Origin: Vicugna vicugna
Lineage: Eukaryota
Assembly (NCBI GenBank): GCA_013265495.1
Contig: MU061579.1
Location: forward strand, 1,671,319-1,735,318
Direction of reading: 5' to 3'
Length of the DNA: 64,000 bases
In this document: positions 13,475 through 26,719 of the stretch, in pieces
Layout of the letters: each line of letters starts with the position of its first letter
How positions within the stretch are numbered: the first letter of the stretch is position 1
Made by a program: the position numbers and the translations under genes
The notes under the pieces: generated by a model
Database searches by the model: none
The model's input: only the letters and a program-made list of their open reading frames with translations
What the model was told of the DNA's origin: nothing

Positions 13475-15654
13475 TATATAGAGGTATATAAAGAGATTAT
13501 GTATCTATCCAGAGAATCCTTTGTTTCTGTATATATAGGAGAAATAGAAGGAGAGAAAGAGGGAGAGACAAAGAGAGAGAGAGCCACAGAGAGAGATACA
13601 GAGACAGAGAGCAACATATCTTTCTATTTACCCTTCTTTCTATTTTTAATCTCTCATTTTCCAGTAGAAGAAAAGTGTGCATATATACACATTGATTCAG
13701 AGGATGTAATAAAGCTGAGGGGATGATGGTGATATGTAAAGCAGTAGGTATATCTTTGATGAAACGTGAATGAGGGAGTAAAAGAAATAAGACTCAGTAG
13801 GGCTCAGTATAGATCACTAGTCAAGAGAGTGAAAGAATATGTAAGGATTCAGGTAAATATGCAGATATAATGGCATAAAGTTGTGGGGAAGCAGTGTTTT
13901 TGAGGACTTTTCTGTTTGTGTGTCACTCCCCCATAATGGTCTTTCTATGAGACCTTTACTCTACAGAGAAGAGTAATGTACTCTGTAGAAGCTCCACCAC
14001 TCAGCATCATGTCGTTCAAGGGGACTCACCTGAACCTCCACTCCAGGGCAATGTTGCATCAAGTCCCATCACCTTTCCCGTGATTTCTTTTTCTACTCTG
14101 TCTGTGGACTTGGGTTCTAGGGGAAGATGTCGAATTTTGAGGGAACTTCTACCAGTTCAATCCTCTTTTTATAAAATCTTTGATATTCACAAAAATGGGA
14201 ATTCTGGCTTAAGTATATCATACATTAATTAATTTTATGGGCTTTCTGGTCAGTGTGAATATTGTGAAATCTATGAAAGTCTGAATTATTTATAGATCCT
14301 TTACCACAGTCAGTGCATTCATAGGATGTTTTCTGTCATCGTTTCACTAAGGAAACTGAATACAAAGCCCTCTGGCTTTCACTTCAGGGGTAAAAATTGG
14401 AGCATAATTAAAGAGAACTAGAGGCATCAATCTGTATGTTTCAGGTTTTCAAACGTTTTCCTGGGTCAAAACAAGGTTTCATTAGGCTTTGTTCCACTAA
14501 TAAACAGGGAGGTGCAATAAATCTGAGCTGCTGTATTTCACCCTGACTCTTGGCTAATTCTCTGAGGAAGGGGTTACAGAGGGTGGTCTTCTCTTCCAGG
14601 AGCATCTCCAGTCTCCAGCACTTCTTGCTTTCTACCTTGGAATTTAATTTTTATATACACTGTTTCCCAAGGTGTACTGTTTTTCTGGGATGAAGGGATA
14701 AATGATGCTGACTTGTAACAGTGTACCCAACACTTTAGATCACCATCGTCTTCAGTATGTTCATTGAGGTATGATCAAGCTATTTCCCTTCACTTTAACT
14801 GACACTCTCTGCATGTTTGTCCAAATCATCCTCACCAACAATTGGGTCTGCAGCTTCAACATGTAGAAATGAAGAACACATCTGGCACTGAGTAAGCCAG
14901 TATTCTAGCAAATTCTAATGTATTAGCTATTAGTGCTATCACTGTCTGTCAAGGCAGAAGCGAAGGTCCCCAAATATTTAACTTTTCATTAACAAGGTAT
15001 TTTGTGTAATCATTGTTTTAATCACATAACACTACTTATTGCTTATGCATGATATACCAACATCATGGAAGACATCTTTCTAAGGACTAGAGGTGTATAA
15101 TATAAAATAAGAGTGTGCTTTATTTCAAGGAGTTAACAATTACATATCAATGACTTTAACTCTAGTGTATATTTGTCTCTCTTACTGGCCTTGAATTTTT
15201 ATGTTAATGTTGCCTATTTGTCATTTTGGGAGCCAACTCAGATGAAAGACAATTACAGCTCAAGAAAATTACCTATACACACTGACACAATTTTTTTTTA
15301 ATCAAGAAACAACTCCATCACTGTCTTCCATGTTTATGTAAATTGGCTAACCACACAGTGAGCTTACGGGGCCTATCACTCTGATGATCACTTAAGAAAT
15401 TGTCATGGATACATTTGGCAGAATAGAACCATCCATATTATCACATTTATACCATTGATGTTTTCACTGTTTCTGCCTTTGTTGCTTGGTTCTTAAATCA
15501 TAGTTAAATAATGACAAAGTCCACAGCCATACTACTTTTTATGTGTTTCCTTAAAACAGAGAACACATTATTTGTACTCTTGTAAATATTTTTAAATACA
15601 AGATCTAAAAAGAAAAACAGATCTGGTATTTCAATCAGTATAAAACACAGATTC

Positions 15655-16075
15655 ATTTTGTGTCTGTTAGCTATGGGTCTGCAACCAAACACCCCAAACC
15701 TTAGAGGCTTGTAAAGATAAGTATTCTTACTTACTGACTAATTGTTCAGCTGGGGTTCTACCTCAAACTGCTGACTCACTGGGCCAGCTCTGCTCAGACC
15801 CCTGCTGGCCTCGCTTAGGTTTAGTTCCAGGCCATGGGTTCGTTCAGGTCTAATCTTAAGTGCCTTTGATCTTTTTGAGACCAATCATGCTGCTTAGCAT
15901 GTCCTCACCATAGAGGCAGAGTGCAAGAGAGAAAGCTCAGTGCATAAGCACATTTCAAGCCTTGGCTTGCATCACATCACATCTGCTGATAGCCCACAGG
16001 CCAAAGCAAGTTACAAGTTCAAGCCCAAAAGTGAGGAGAAGATAAATGCTCCTCATGTGGAAATAGCATGCCAAA
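15655..16075 (-). mobile_element. MaLR LTR (MLT1G/H-like)
   Basis: AAACACCCCAAACCTTAGAGGCTT start, CACATTTCAAGCCT...TGCATCACATC and GGCCAAAGCAAGTTACA. Confidence 0.7.
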
Positions 16076-18566
16076 GGACATTCTAATACACACCGTAATC
16101 TTCTCTGAATTCCACTCAAAATTTCCCCACTAAAAATTAGAAGCTTAAGTTAATTATAATGGTTAGCAATAAAAAAGAAATGGCCTTTTGAGTGGCCTCA
16201 CTGACTTTTAACACAGTGCTGGTCACGTATTAGGCATTCTCTAAATGTTTACTGGCCAGCTGGTTGGATGACCTGGTGTAAGACACATAGATATGTCATC
16301 AATATAATAATGTCCAACTAAAAGAAAGTTACATTCTTGTACCAAGAACTGGGTTGTTTTTTCCACACAGTTTTAAAAAGAAATATGCATATAAAATATA
16401 ATATATACTATAATTCACTCAATTCACAATATGAAACACAGCAATGAAGGTAATATTCCCACTGGACATTCCCTATTGACATTCTCTAATGTATTAACTC
16501 TCCTGGAAGGAGTTGCATTAATTCTTAGATATTTAATTAGATTTTCACTAATGGTATAAACACAATATGAAAATTCACTTTGATTTGCATTGTCATTTAG
16601 AATCACTAATCAACTGAGAGGTATGAATAATCATGGCAGGGGACTGAGATTTGAGCAATGAGGGGTTTTTAAAATATACTTGGTATCATTAGATGAATAT
16701 ATAGTCTCAATTACAGAATATGAAATTCCATTAAATTATCCCATATGAGTCAATGCCCAGAGGAACATTTTTGATCAGGGTAGAATAACTCATTCTTGAG
16801 GACCTTAGGATGGCAAATTTCACATTGTAATGGAAAGTCACTTCATGAATACTCCTTATTCCCTCACTGTAAAAGGCAGGATCTGTTATTCCCCTTCACT
16901 GAGAATAAAACTTGAAAAAATAAAAAGATTTTGGATTTAACAACTTGAAAAATCCTGTACTTTTTACTTGCTTTGCCAATGTTTTTATTTATAATTATTA
17001 GTAGTAAAAATCACAAAGTCACTTGGGATCTATGTCGCTTTTTGGGGGGGTATCAGCTAAATGAGCTAAGTATGCCAATAATATGTATCTTTGCCCACAA
17101 CACACACACGTGTGTGTGCCCACACAAACACAACACAATATATCCACATATCCTCTTTACTACTATCTATCATAGTATAAAATCTCCCAAGTTTAGGACC
17201 AAAGTCATTGTTTTGAACTCTATGTCTCTGATGAAGCCACAGAAATGATTTCTTCACTGCCTCTCCTATGAAACATTCATTGTCAAATACTCACACCGCT
17301 CTGTAATTACCGACTACGTGTCTTTCACTGTCTTAATAAGACCACATATGCCAACATCAGGCACTGTGGTTTGAATCTCAGTCTGTGTACCATGTCCATA
17401 CCAAGTACTAACTCAGGTTTGTTTAAAATCTATTTTCTGCAATAGGGCCATAGATTTGATTGGAATAGTCTCTTGCAAAGTCTCCTTTGATTTTTGTTTA
17501 AAATGAATTTCTGATTTCTCAGTTGCATTAGTTATGATTAGGTTTGCAAACCCAAATGGATTTGGAACACACCATAGTCAACATTTGTATAACTGAATCA
17601 TAGAAATATGTGCGCAATTGGTAAAATATGTACCACAGTGGATGGGGTAAGTATTCAGTTGTATTATAAAAAACAATAATAAGATAAAACAGGCACATGA
17701 AAAGTTTAGTAAATTATACAAAAACTTTATTTATGATCTATATAATTTTTCTTACTTTACCTGAGTAATTTTCTTTTTTCATTTATCAAATGATGGGATT
17801 AAGAAAGATAATTCTGAAATTTCTCTTCACTTCCAAGAAAAATATGGTAGAACTTTAAAAATCTATACATTAATGGCATTTGCTTTTTTGCATACTCACT
17901 TCCTACATGTTTCTGGCCAGAAGTAGAAATGACTGCCTTAAATGTGTGTTAGTTTCCAGTGTTCATTGAAGTAAATAAGTATTAAAAATAATAACTATTA
18001 AAAACTAAAGGCACTGAATTTTCTTCCAACTAATTTTATCAGAGCAGCAGTTACATAAGATTCAAAGCTATATGTATAATTTTCTTGGTGGTACATGCAC
18101 TTCAGAATTCCATGTAATAGAATTTGTAAGCTATCCACCTCTTTGTCTGTATATGTCACAAACATTAAATTATTAACATATCATCTGAGAAGTCACAAGT
18201 AAGGATTCAGTTAACAGATGATTATTGAATTTTTTTTGTCAAATGTGTGTACTGCACTGTATAAATTTGAAAACTATAATCATAGACTATGGAATAAGCA
18301 GATATAGACATGACAAGTTAGGCCCACACTGTTTCAAGAGGTCTCTGTTTTTAAAAGTTATTAAATATTTATTTTCAGAGGTTGATTTGTTTAGGTGAAC
18401 CATTTTAAAATACATTGTCACAATTACTTTGAAAACAATGATATTTATTATTATTCTGATTTTCAGTGTATATTCACATGTAATTCCCACAACTATGACA
18501 TTGAGTGGCTGAAGCAAAATCAAACATTTTAGAAATAAAGAAATTAAAGGGCAGGAAAAGTAACTG

Positions 18567-19102
18567 ACTTGCAGCACTGTTTTTGCACTGTCATCTTGGC
18601 TAAGCTAGAATAGTTTACAAGAATCCTCTATTCTATGCGATACTTTGTTAACTGGCCCAAACAAGAATTATTTTTCACAAATTTTGGAAGGGGAAAGTAA
18701 AGCAGCTCGTCTGAAATCTGTTATTTCAGAGGTACGAGTAACAGATAAAGAGATACAGGTGGATTCTAGCTAGTTCTTGCTGTCTTTGACTCCACACCCA
18801 CCTCATCTTCCCAAATGGAAATCCTGCTGGCCAAGAGCCACTGAGGCCCAGCAGATCTGAGGAGACAGCAGCTTTCCATGATCTTTTTCACCAGGTCTCC
18901 TTTGCAGGCCCACTAGGGCAGCCCAGACTGCTTTATTGCAAAGGATTGGTTATTGATTTTTCTCTGATCCTCCAATTCTCCCTTTTAGAATTCTATGACC
19001 CCAGCAATACACACAGTTTGGGGAAGTGCTATCACATATTTAACCCCTTTTTACATAATACTCGTATTTGTTTTCATTTTCAGATTGAATCTGACTGAGA
19101 CA
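18567..19102 (+). mobile_element. ERVL LTR (LTR41/LTR52-like)
   Basis: TGTCATCTTGGCTAAGCTAGAA near the start, TTTTGGAAGGGGAAAGTAAAGCAGC inside, and an end ...GAATCTGACTGAGACA. Confidence 0.6.
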
Positions 19103-19529
19103 GAACTTTGATGAGATCACACTGCTATTCAATGTCAGTTTTGAAAATCAAATATTTCTTACTATTACTCAATCTTGAAAGAAAGAGTATTTCCAAAAAA
19201 AAAAAAAAAAGAGGAGTTGTGAAGGTATGTATTTACTAAAAAAGAAGTTGGGAGCAAGGAATAAGAGGCTTCAAGAGAGACAGAAGTGAGAAAAAAGCAG
19301 ATAATCTAGCAGAAGAGAATGATTCATGCTTAAGAATGTTTTCATGGAGCCAGTGCTGACTACCAGGTGGCTGGTTATATCAGAAACTACTGTTTATAAT
19401 TGATACCATGGAAAACTTTCAAAGCTTCATGCCCTTAACATTCATTGAAGAGAAAAATGTCCTCATTTTGTATATAGGCTATATATTCTCATATATATCC
19501 CCTGAATTTCAGTGGATTAAACAATAAAG

Positions 19530-19870
19530 ATTTAGAATTTACTCTAGCAAAGTCTGTAGCCAGATAAGAAGATGAACTGTCCCACAACCAGCAACTCAGG
19601 GATTCAGAGCAAGGAAAGTACTGCCATCTTGAAGCAGCATCACATGGAGCTTACTGCCTCCCTGATGGGCACCTCAGAAAAAGAGGCACCTGCCAGGCCA
19701 CTGCTGGTGTTTCCATGCTTTGTGCCAAAATTTATACATGCAAATTCCATTCATGCCACTGGACAAAGCTAATCACATGGCCTTAATGATCTTCAAGTGG
19801 ATAAATAATGTACTCTTATTGGTGCACAGAAAGGAAGACAATGAGATACTGGTGAACACTCATAATATTC
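19530..19870 (-). mobile_element. Old MaLR LTR (MLT1J/K-like) fragment
   Basis: TTCATGCCACTGGACAAAGCTAATCACATGGCC and ATACTGGTGAACACTCATAAT motifs. Confidence 0.5.
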
Positions 19871-20089
19871 TTTCCATAGAGCTTAATATTTGAGATAATT
19901 TTCTCATTAATAAAATGGAAGGCAATAATATTCACCTAATAGAACAATTAGGGGATCAAATGCAGGCATATCGCACTCAATAATAATAGACATTATCAAA
20001 GTCATCATCATTATCATCATCACTGTTCTCTATATCTCTAGTCTTTGATAACATGTATCACTAAGGCTGATAGATTTTGACAAAAAACA

Positions 20090-20240
20090 TAGAATATTAG
20101 AGCTGGAAAGGATTTTAGAAATTACTTACTCTAGTCCTATCCTTTCATTTATGAGAATAGAGAGGCCCATCAGTTAAGCGACCTACCTGGGCCCAAATCT
20201 CCTTAGCAGCAAAATTGGGAACAAATATCTAAGTCCAGTG
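20090..20240 (-). mobile_element. MIR-family SINE fragment
   Basis: ATAGAATATTAGAGCTGGAAAGGATTTTAGA...CCTTTCATTT...GAGAGGCCCA pattern. Confidence 0.55.
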
Positions 20241-21126
20241 TCCTTTGTTCTCAAGACAGGGAAATTACAACATTCTATCACGCATAGACTGAAGACGTCC
20301 CACTATCTTTCCTATACTGCTAAACCTGTTCCATGTTACCTCTGCTTATTGCACTCCATTCATTAATTGACATTTTGTAATTAATTAAAGTCTTCCCAAA
20401 GGTGCCAGCTTAATGATTGTATGAGCATGGGAGAAATATGTTGCTATAGTAAAGCCCTTATTGCCTGAGCAAATATATTTTCCAATTCCTAAGAACTAGC
20501 CACCTAAAGAAATTTTGCTTACTGTGCCAAAAATTAGGGATTTTGATGGGGGAAAATGAATTAGAAAAAAATTAAAAAGTGAAACTGTTAATAGATCAAT
20601 AATGACTTAAAATTGTCATTATTGAAAGAAGGTAGTGTTTGACTTATAATGATACAAATGATTTTTTATTCTCCCATTTCCCCAAAAATAGCAAAAAAAA
20701 AAAAAAAGATGCTATTAGAATTATATGGCTCAAAAAAAGCTTACAGAACTCAAAATCAAGAACATAACTAACAATCCTGCCATTATGAACTTTCTTTGGG
20801 GAAGAAATTTGTACCATCTGGACATACATGATTAAGATCGAAAAGGTCAGGCAACCAAAGCACATTAACTTGCTTAATAAATGGATAAAACATAAAATGC
20901 TAAATGCCAAAATGTCAAAATTCCACTTCAAGTTTAGAAATGCTATTTTAAAAGACTTTCCAAAGCATTTTACCACTTTTTCTATGAAATCAAAAATTTC
21001 TTTTTAATTAATCACCTACAGAGAAATAAGAACCTCATTCAGATTCACAAAAAGACCAACCAAGAAATTATGTTTGCTATATCCATGGCATGTTGCTGAC
21101 ACAATTGAGAAAAAAGAGACAGTGAT

Positions 21127-21163
21127 GAGAGAGAGAGAGAGTGTGTGTGTGTGTGTGTGTGTG
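21127..21163. repeat. (GA)n(GT)n microsatellite
   Basis: Directly visible. Confidence 0.95.
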
Positions 21164-21281
21164 TATGCATGTGTTTGGGGAGGGGCAGGAGGTTAGTCAG
21201 TGAAGTAGACATCGAACAAAGAGTCTTTGTTTATGGTGTTTTAAGCTTAACAGATAATAAAAACACTGATGTAAATTTATT

Positions 21282-21316
21282 TACACTTGCTCTTAGCCAA
21301 AAGGCCAAGAAGCGAT
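21282..21316 (-). pseudogene. RNU2: 3'-truncated (tailless) U2 snRNA retropseudogene, U2 nt 1-35
   Basis: Reverse complement ATCGCTTCTTGGCCTTTTGGCTAAGAGCAAGTGTA matches the U2 5' end ATCGCTTCTCGGCCTTTTGGCTAAGATCAAGTGTA at 33/35. Perfect 16-bp direct repeat GATGTAAATTTATTTA at 21268-21283 and 21317-21332. Confidence 0.95.
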
Positions 21317-21559
21317 GATGTAAATTTATTTAAATCTGAAATGTTTCATTATTACAAAAGAATGGAAATCAAAATGCATTAAGGTTAAAGAAACTTAGAT
21401 GCTCAAGATAGAAAGATGTGTTACATAAATGAACTGCATCTAAAAACTGTTATTCTCATTAATGTGCATTAAGAATCACAATTTCAATTTGTCAGTTATT
21501 CCTCAATGAAGTCAAAAATGAAATTAAAAAGTCACAATACACTATGCTCTATCTTATAG

Positions 21560-22140
21560 AACAGAATGGGTCTTTAAGCAGAACAACCTTCCAGCAATGA
21601 ACGGGGGAAGTACACAAGGCAGAAGTCAGACTAGTTAGGAAACCACTGTAGTTGACCAGGAGAGAATGTAAAGGGTTCTAAATGGTGGGTTTATTCAAGA
21701 ATTATGAAGGAGATAGAATTGACTGGGCTAATGTCCTATTTAAAAGTAGGACATGAAGTTGAGAAATACAGATTGACTTCCATTCAAGATTCTTGCTGGT
21801 GTAACTGAGTCAAAAGAGTGACTTACACCAAAAGGGAGAGTAGGGAAGAGATAAGAAGACAGGGAAATGCACCAAGTGTACCGACTTCAGCGGTAGACAT
21901 GCTGGGTAATCTGTGCCTGGTTTAGAAGGCACGTGCGATTTGGGTATATAAATGAGTACTAGTTTAAATCACAGCTTTTGATATTATTCCAAAAATATGT
22001 GTAAGGTCGATCCGTAAGAAGACCATCATTTTAGGCATTACAGGGGATGGTAAATCCAAATTATTAGGGACCCTTAAAGAATCATAAAAAAGATGGAAGA
22101 TCCTGGAAAGAATAGTGAATTTGACAGAGAAAAGGAAAGG
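21560..22140 (-). mobile_element. L2 fragment(s)
   Basis: Purine-rich antisense-L2 pattern, e.g. TCTTTAAGCAG...GGCAGAAGTCAGACTAGTTAGGAAACCACTGTAGT...CCAGGAGAGA. Confidence 0.5.
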
Positions 22141-22149
22141 TAATGTAGT

Positions 22150-22566
22150 AATAGACAAGGCCTGCAAAGGACCACAAAGCAAGCGGCTTAGACGGCAGCA
22201 ATGGATTGTTCTGGAGGCTAAACGTCTGAGATCTGGGTGTTAGGGGGGCCGGTTCCTTCTGGGGCTTCTCCTCTAGTTTCTGGTGGCTTTCTGGCAGTCC
22301 TTAGCATTCCTTGGTGTGAAGTAGCATTGCCCCGATCTCTACCCTCATTTTCACGTGGCATTCTCCCTGTGTCCATGTGTGTCTGTGCTCAAACGTGCCC
22401 TTTTCACAAAGACTCCTCTCATGTTAGGTTCGAGACCCACACTGGTCCAGCATGATTTCATCTTCACTAATCACACCTGCAACAGCTCTGTTCCTCACAT
22501 TCTGAGGTAGCCAAGTTTAAGACTTCAACCTACAAATTATACAGGGACACAATTCATTCCATAACA
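22150..22566 (-). mobile_element. MaLR LTR (MLT1C-like)
   Basis: TTCTGGAGGCTA...TCTGAGATC, TTCACGTGGCATTCTCCCTGTGT, and the end GGGACACAATTCATTCCATAACA. Confidence 0.85.
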
Positions 22567-22660
22567 AGATTATAGAAAAGGCAGCTGTCGAATAAAAAAA
22601 AAAATTCAGAGATCTAAAGCACAGGGCAGATTAAAAATGTCCATTAAATATGAGAACTAG

Positions 22661-22801
22661 TGGGGAGGGTATATAGCTCAGTGGTAGAGCGCATGCTTAG
22701 TATACACTGGGTCCTGGGTTCAGTCCCCAGTATCTTCACTGAAATAAATAAATACATACATACATACATACATACCTCCCCCCATTAAAACAAAACTAAA
22801 A
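22661..22801 (+). mobile_element. tRNA-derived SINE (camelid Vic-1-like)
   Basis: GGGGAGGGTATATAGCTCAGTGGTAGAGCGCATGCTTAG...GGTCCTGGGTTCAGTCCCCAG contains Pol III A and B boxes, followed by an (AAAT)/(ACAT) tail and an A-rich end. TSD AAATATGAGAACTAG (22646-22660) / AAATACGACCACTAG (22802-22816), 12/15 identical. Confidence 0.9.
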
Positions 22802-23119
22802 AAATACGACCACTAGGAAAGTCATTTTTACTAGCCAGTTTCAATTGGTGGTAGAGGCCGATGTTGAAAATCATTTATTTAGTTTAAATGATAAACTTGA
22901 GACAATGAATTTAAACTCTTGTTTAAAAAGTTACTTGAATTTGAAGTGAAGGTCAAATATGAAGCTGCAGTTAGAAGAGACAGTTTGATCTTGCATCAAA
23001 TATGGGAAAAAGATAGGTGTATCGATCTTTTATTTAATTTGGCCTACCTTGAAGTCTCTTTTGAGAAAGAGTCTCGTGGAGATAGACCTGGCCTGCCTGG
23101 ATCTATTTCTGGAAGTAAC

Positions 23120-23310
23120 ATGGTCTAGTAGAAGGAGCAAGAGATTTGGAGTCACAAGATCCCCTGTGTGGTTCTGGATCTGAAATCTAAGCTGTGCAAA
23201 TTTGAACATGTTTATTGATCTCTCTTGGACTCACTTCTCTTAAATTGTAGATAATAGCATTCCTGCACCACAATGTTATGAAAAATCAAATATGATTATG
23301 TTAGCTAAAT
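23120..23310 (+). mobile_element. MIR SINE
   Basis: GGTCTAGTAGAAGGAGCA...TTTGGAGTCACAAGA...TCTCTCTTGGACTCACTTCTC...GATAATAGCA. Confidence 0.6.
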
Positions 23311-25399
23311 ATACTTTTTATCAAAATATTATATGTTGTATATTATTTTTTATATTGTCAGCATCATTTTATTCTAAGTCTTATGTTCCCTCATATTAAA
23401 ATTATTTGTGGCAACTATAAAGCATTTATAGACATTTAGAAAATGCAGAATTTGACTTCCTCTGATTGCCAGAGCATAGGAAGTATTGTTAGAAACATAA
23501 CCATCTTTCCAAAATACTACATCTTTCTGTCTTAATACTAAAGTAATGTTTTACCATAAAAATGTGTTGTATTGTGACAATGGCAGAAACAAATCGTAAG
23601 AAACCTTTATGAACATCACTCAAGACACAGAATGTGCCAACCAAATGGATGGTAAAGCAGAAACATTTTTGTATTTAATAAAATAGTACAATCAAATTCT
23701 GTCACATGGACACTAACCCTCAGGAAATATTAATAGCTATTATACTCAATTTGTAATTCAATAAAATGTAATTTTATATCCTTTTTAAAATCAGAAAATT
23801 CTAATAAGAAGGATTGATTAAATTAGATGTGAGCAATGACAATGATGACATAGAGTAAATGGGAAACCACAATGGTGTTTCAATCACAAAAGCCCTCAGT
23901 ATTTACTTCCCCAAATTGAAAGCAGATACGCCATTTAAAGATTGACATGAAATTTTTGGAATTGTGATTTTTCTCATCTTAAAATGCTCCATTTGTTCCA
24001 TACAGTGAATTAAAATGTGTTAAATTTATATTGTTTTCCTACGACATCAGTTTGTCTGACAGACTATAACACTGCACAATTAGTCAAAAGTTTTATTGAA
24101 TTAAACTCAGCATCTAAGGATATATATATATTATGACTTACTAAAAAGTAGCTTATTTTTATTTGTTGGGTATACTTTGTAAGGAAAGTAATAACCTATC
24201 AAGTCGTATTCCAGAACATTCTGTGCCTACCACCCCCTCCAGCCACCCACAGGTGGTGTGATTGCCCTGATCACCTACTCCGATTACCCAGCAAGCACTC
24301 TGCGTGTAAGGAGCATCACCTCAGTGTTTTGTATACGAAAGGGAAACAAATCTTCTTAGTGCTGTGCTTAGACATTTACTCTGAATCTGCCATTCTACCC
24401 AGTGGCAGAATTCTCCAGCTGAGCATGCTGTGGAGTTTCCTATGGAAACCCTCATCTCCACCCAGCATCTTCTTTATGTGTGCATGTTAGTGATCAAAAT
24501 GCTCAGGTATGCTTCTGCCCGTAAGTACATGTATTGAGGAACACATGAAAGAGGAAGTACCCTCAACTCACTTGTTTTACTGATTGAGTATATTTACAAC
24601 TTGTCTCTTTCCCAAAAAAGGTGGAGACGTTTCCCTCTGTTTTCACTTTAAATGCAAGTTACTAAGGATTTATCTCCTGGAAAATGGGAAGAATGCATTA
24701 CTCATCTCTACACTAAAGTGTATAGTATAGTATAATAGAATATAACATTATATATAGCATATATGATGCGGCATGTATAACATAACATATACTGTATGTG
24801 GCATGTGTTTGTGTGGTGAAACTGTTCATGCTGGTTGTTGAAGTACTTGTCATCTTTTGATTTTACTATGGGCATCTGGGGGTCTGAAACATGTCATAAT
24901 TTCATCTATATTTTGTTCTTTCCTAAAGGAATTATCAGGACTAACAGAGATCTTGATATGTATTAAGTCAAATCAACATTTATTCAATGAAGAGCATCAT
25001 CCAAATATATTTAAAATTAAAATACAGCTACCTGTCCCATGCTCTAAGCACAGCCTCAAAGGAATGAAAAATAATTATAACAATCACATAACATCCCGAG
25101 GGCCTTCAGTGTCGAGGACTGAGCAGTGTCTAAATTTTCTTCAGAACACACTCCAACTCTTTCACAATAGATCAACTTTGCTTTTGGCATCTGAGAAATA
25201 TTTTCTCCTCTGAGTGAGCAGCTGACTTACTGAGAGCAAGTGACGTGAGAGCAGAGGAAGGCAGGACACAAATGCCTACCCTCGGTTCTGAAACTCATTT
25301 TTCTTTACTGTGAGACAAGGGTTGAGAGTCATAAAACTACAGGTTTTTAAGAGGATTTACACTGACTCTTTATTAAAGCAGATGTGAAAGAGACTGCCA

Positions 25400-25830
25400 G
25401 TTATCTATCACTTGATGTCCACCGCTCCTTTCCTGGGTAGAAATGATACTTGTACTTATCTGGGAACATTTCCCAGCGTGCTTTGCAGCTAGATTTAGTG
25501 ACTGAATTGTAGTCAGTCACATGTAAAAGTAACTGTTATCTTGTTCTTTGAGAGCAGTTTTAAAGGGTTTCGATGCCTTTCTTCATTCTTCTTTTCAGTT
25601 GCCCAGGACACGTATGCACTGGCTTGAGGAATCAGCGCATTGAAAGAACTTGGAAGTGGAAGCCCACCTCCATCCCGCTGTCCTTCTCAACAGCAGCGCA
25701 GTAGGACTGGCTCCTGACACTCTGCTGGCTGTGGGGCTGTCATTACAGCTTAACCACCCCCCTCGCCAGAGAACGCGACCTACCTCGTCACAGGACTTCA
25801 CACTGTTTAGGATGATGACACGCATTCCGA
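25400..25830 (+). mobile_element. Old MaLR LTR (MLT1J-like), degraded
   Basis: ACATTTCCCAGCGTGCTTTGCAGCTAGA...GTGACTGAATTGTAGTCAG motif. Boundaries uncertain. Confidence 0.4.
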
Positions 25831-26246
25831 GCCAACTTTAGGATTCCTTTTTTGGCGATCTCCTACTGCTGAAAAGTGAAATGTTCACATCCCAACTGTT
25901 GTCTGCTGACTTTGGCTATTCTAAGTGCCCACTACCAGATTGCCATGCTCTTCTCTCATTTCACATGTTCTGCTCTGAATGAATATCCATCCCTTTGTCA
26001 TCATTTTGTCTAGTTTTGCAATACTTTAACTGTTTTCTTAATTTTTAGTTCCACCTCCTGTATACAAGGAACATTATCCTGGAAGACGCTTCCCTGAAAC
26101 CTCAATTTCAACAGGCATCTTTGGACAAGGGTTCTGCCCATACAGTGAGAATAAGCAATTATAACCTTAAAAGAACATGGGAATTCCAATGTCACCGATG
26201 TCACCCCATGATTCTTCTGTTTCAGTCAATAAATACCATGTACCTT

Positions 26247-26719
26247 TGATGATGACTACATGGCCAGGCCACTCAAGATGTCTCTCTCTTGCTCTCTGTC
26301 CATCTCCTGCTTGACTGGTGCCTGCTTCACCTACACCTGACCCATGTGACTGATCTTCCTTCATAATTACCCTAGGCCCCAGCTAATGACTGTTCTAGAT
26401 TTAGATCAGAACTCTCCACCGCGCTTATCAAAGGGGTGGTGAAGGACACGACTCTCTGCTGATTACCCTGGTAACCGATGAGTCGACCTGACATCAAGTC
26501 CCCTGTACCTGGTAACTTCTTCCCCTCCCAGGAGCAAAGACTGCCACCACGTTCTGCCCTCCGTCCCCCCCACACGGCGGGATGTTGCTCCAGGACCTTG
26601 CTTCAGATGTGTAAGATCACCCTATCCACTAAACTGTTGATTGTCTCTGTTGCTGACTCTGGGCTCTTAGGTCTTGGAGCAGGGCTTGCAAACCTGCAGG
26701 GTGCTGTCCAATGGCGACA
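26247..26719 (+). mobile_element. Solo endogenous-retrovirus LTR (ERVL-class-like)
   Basis: GC-richer ~470 bp island that starts TGATG and ends ...GACA. It has a degenerate poly(A) signal (ACTAAA) followed by a U5-like TGTCTCTGTTGCTGACTCTGGGCTC. TSD unclear. Confidence 0.65.

Noticed and set aside
22662..22735. Possible tRNA gene (also 43410-43480)
   Set aside because: Both have SINE tails and TSDs, so they are tRNA-derived SINE heads and not tRNA genes.
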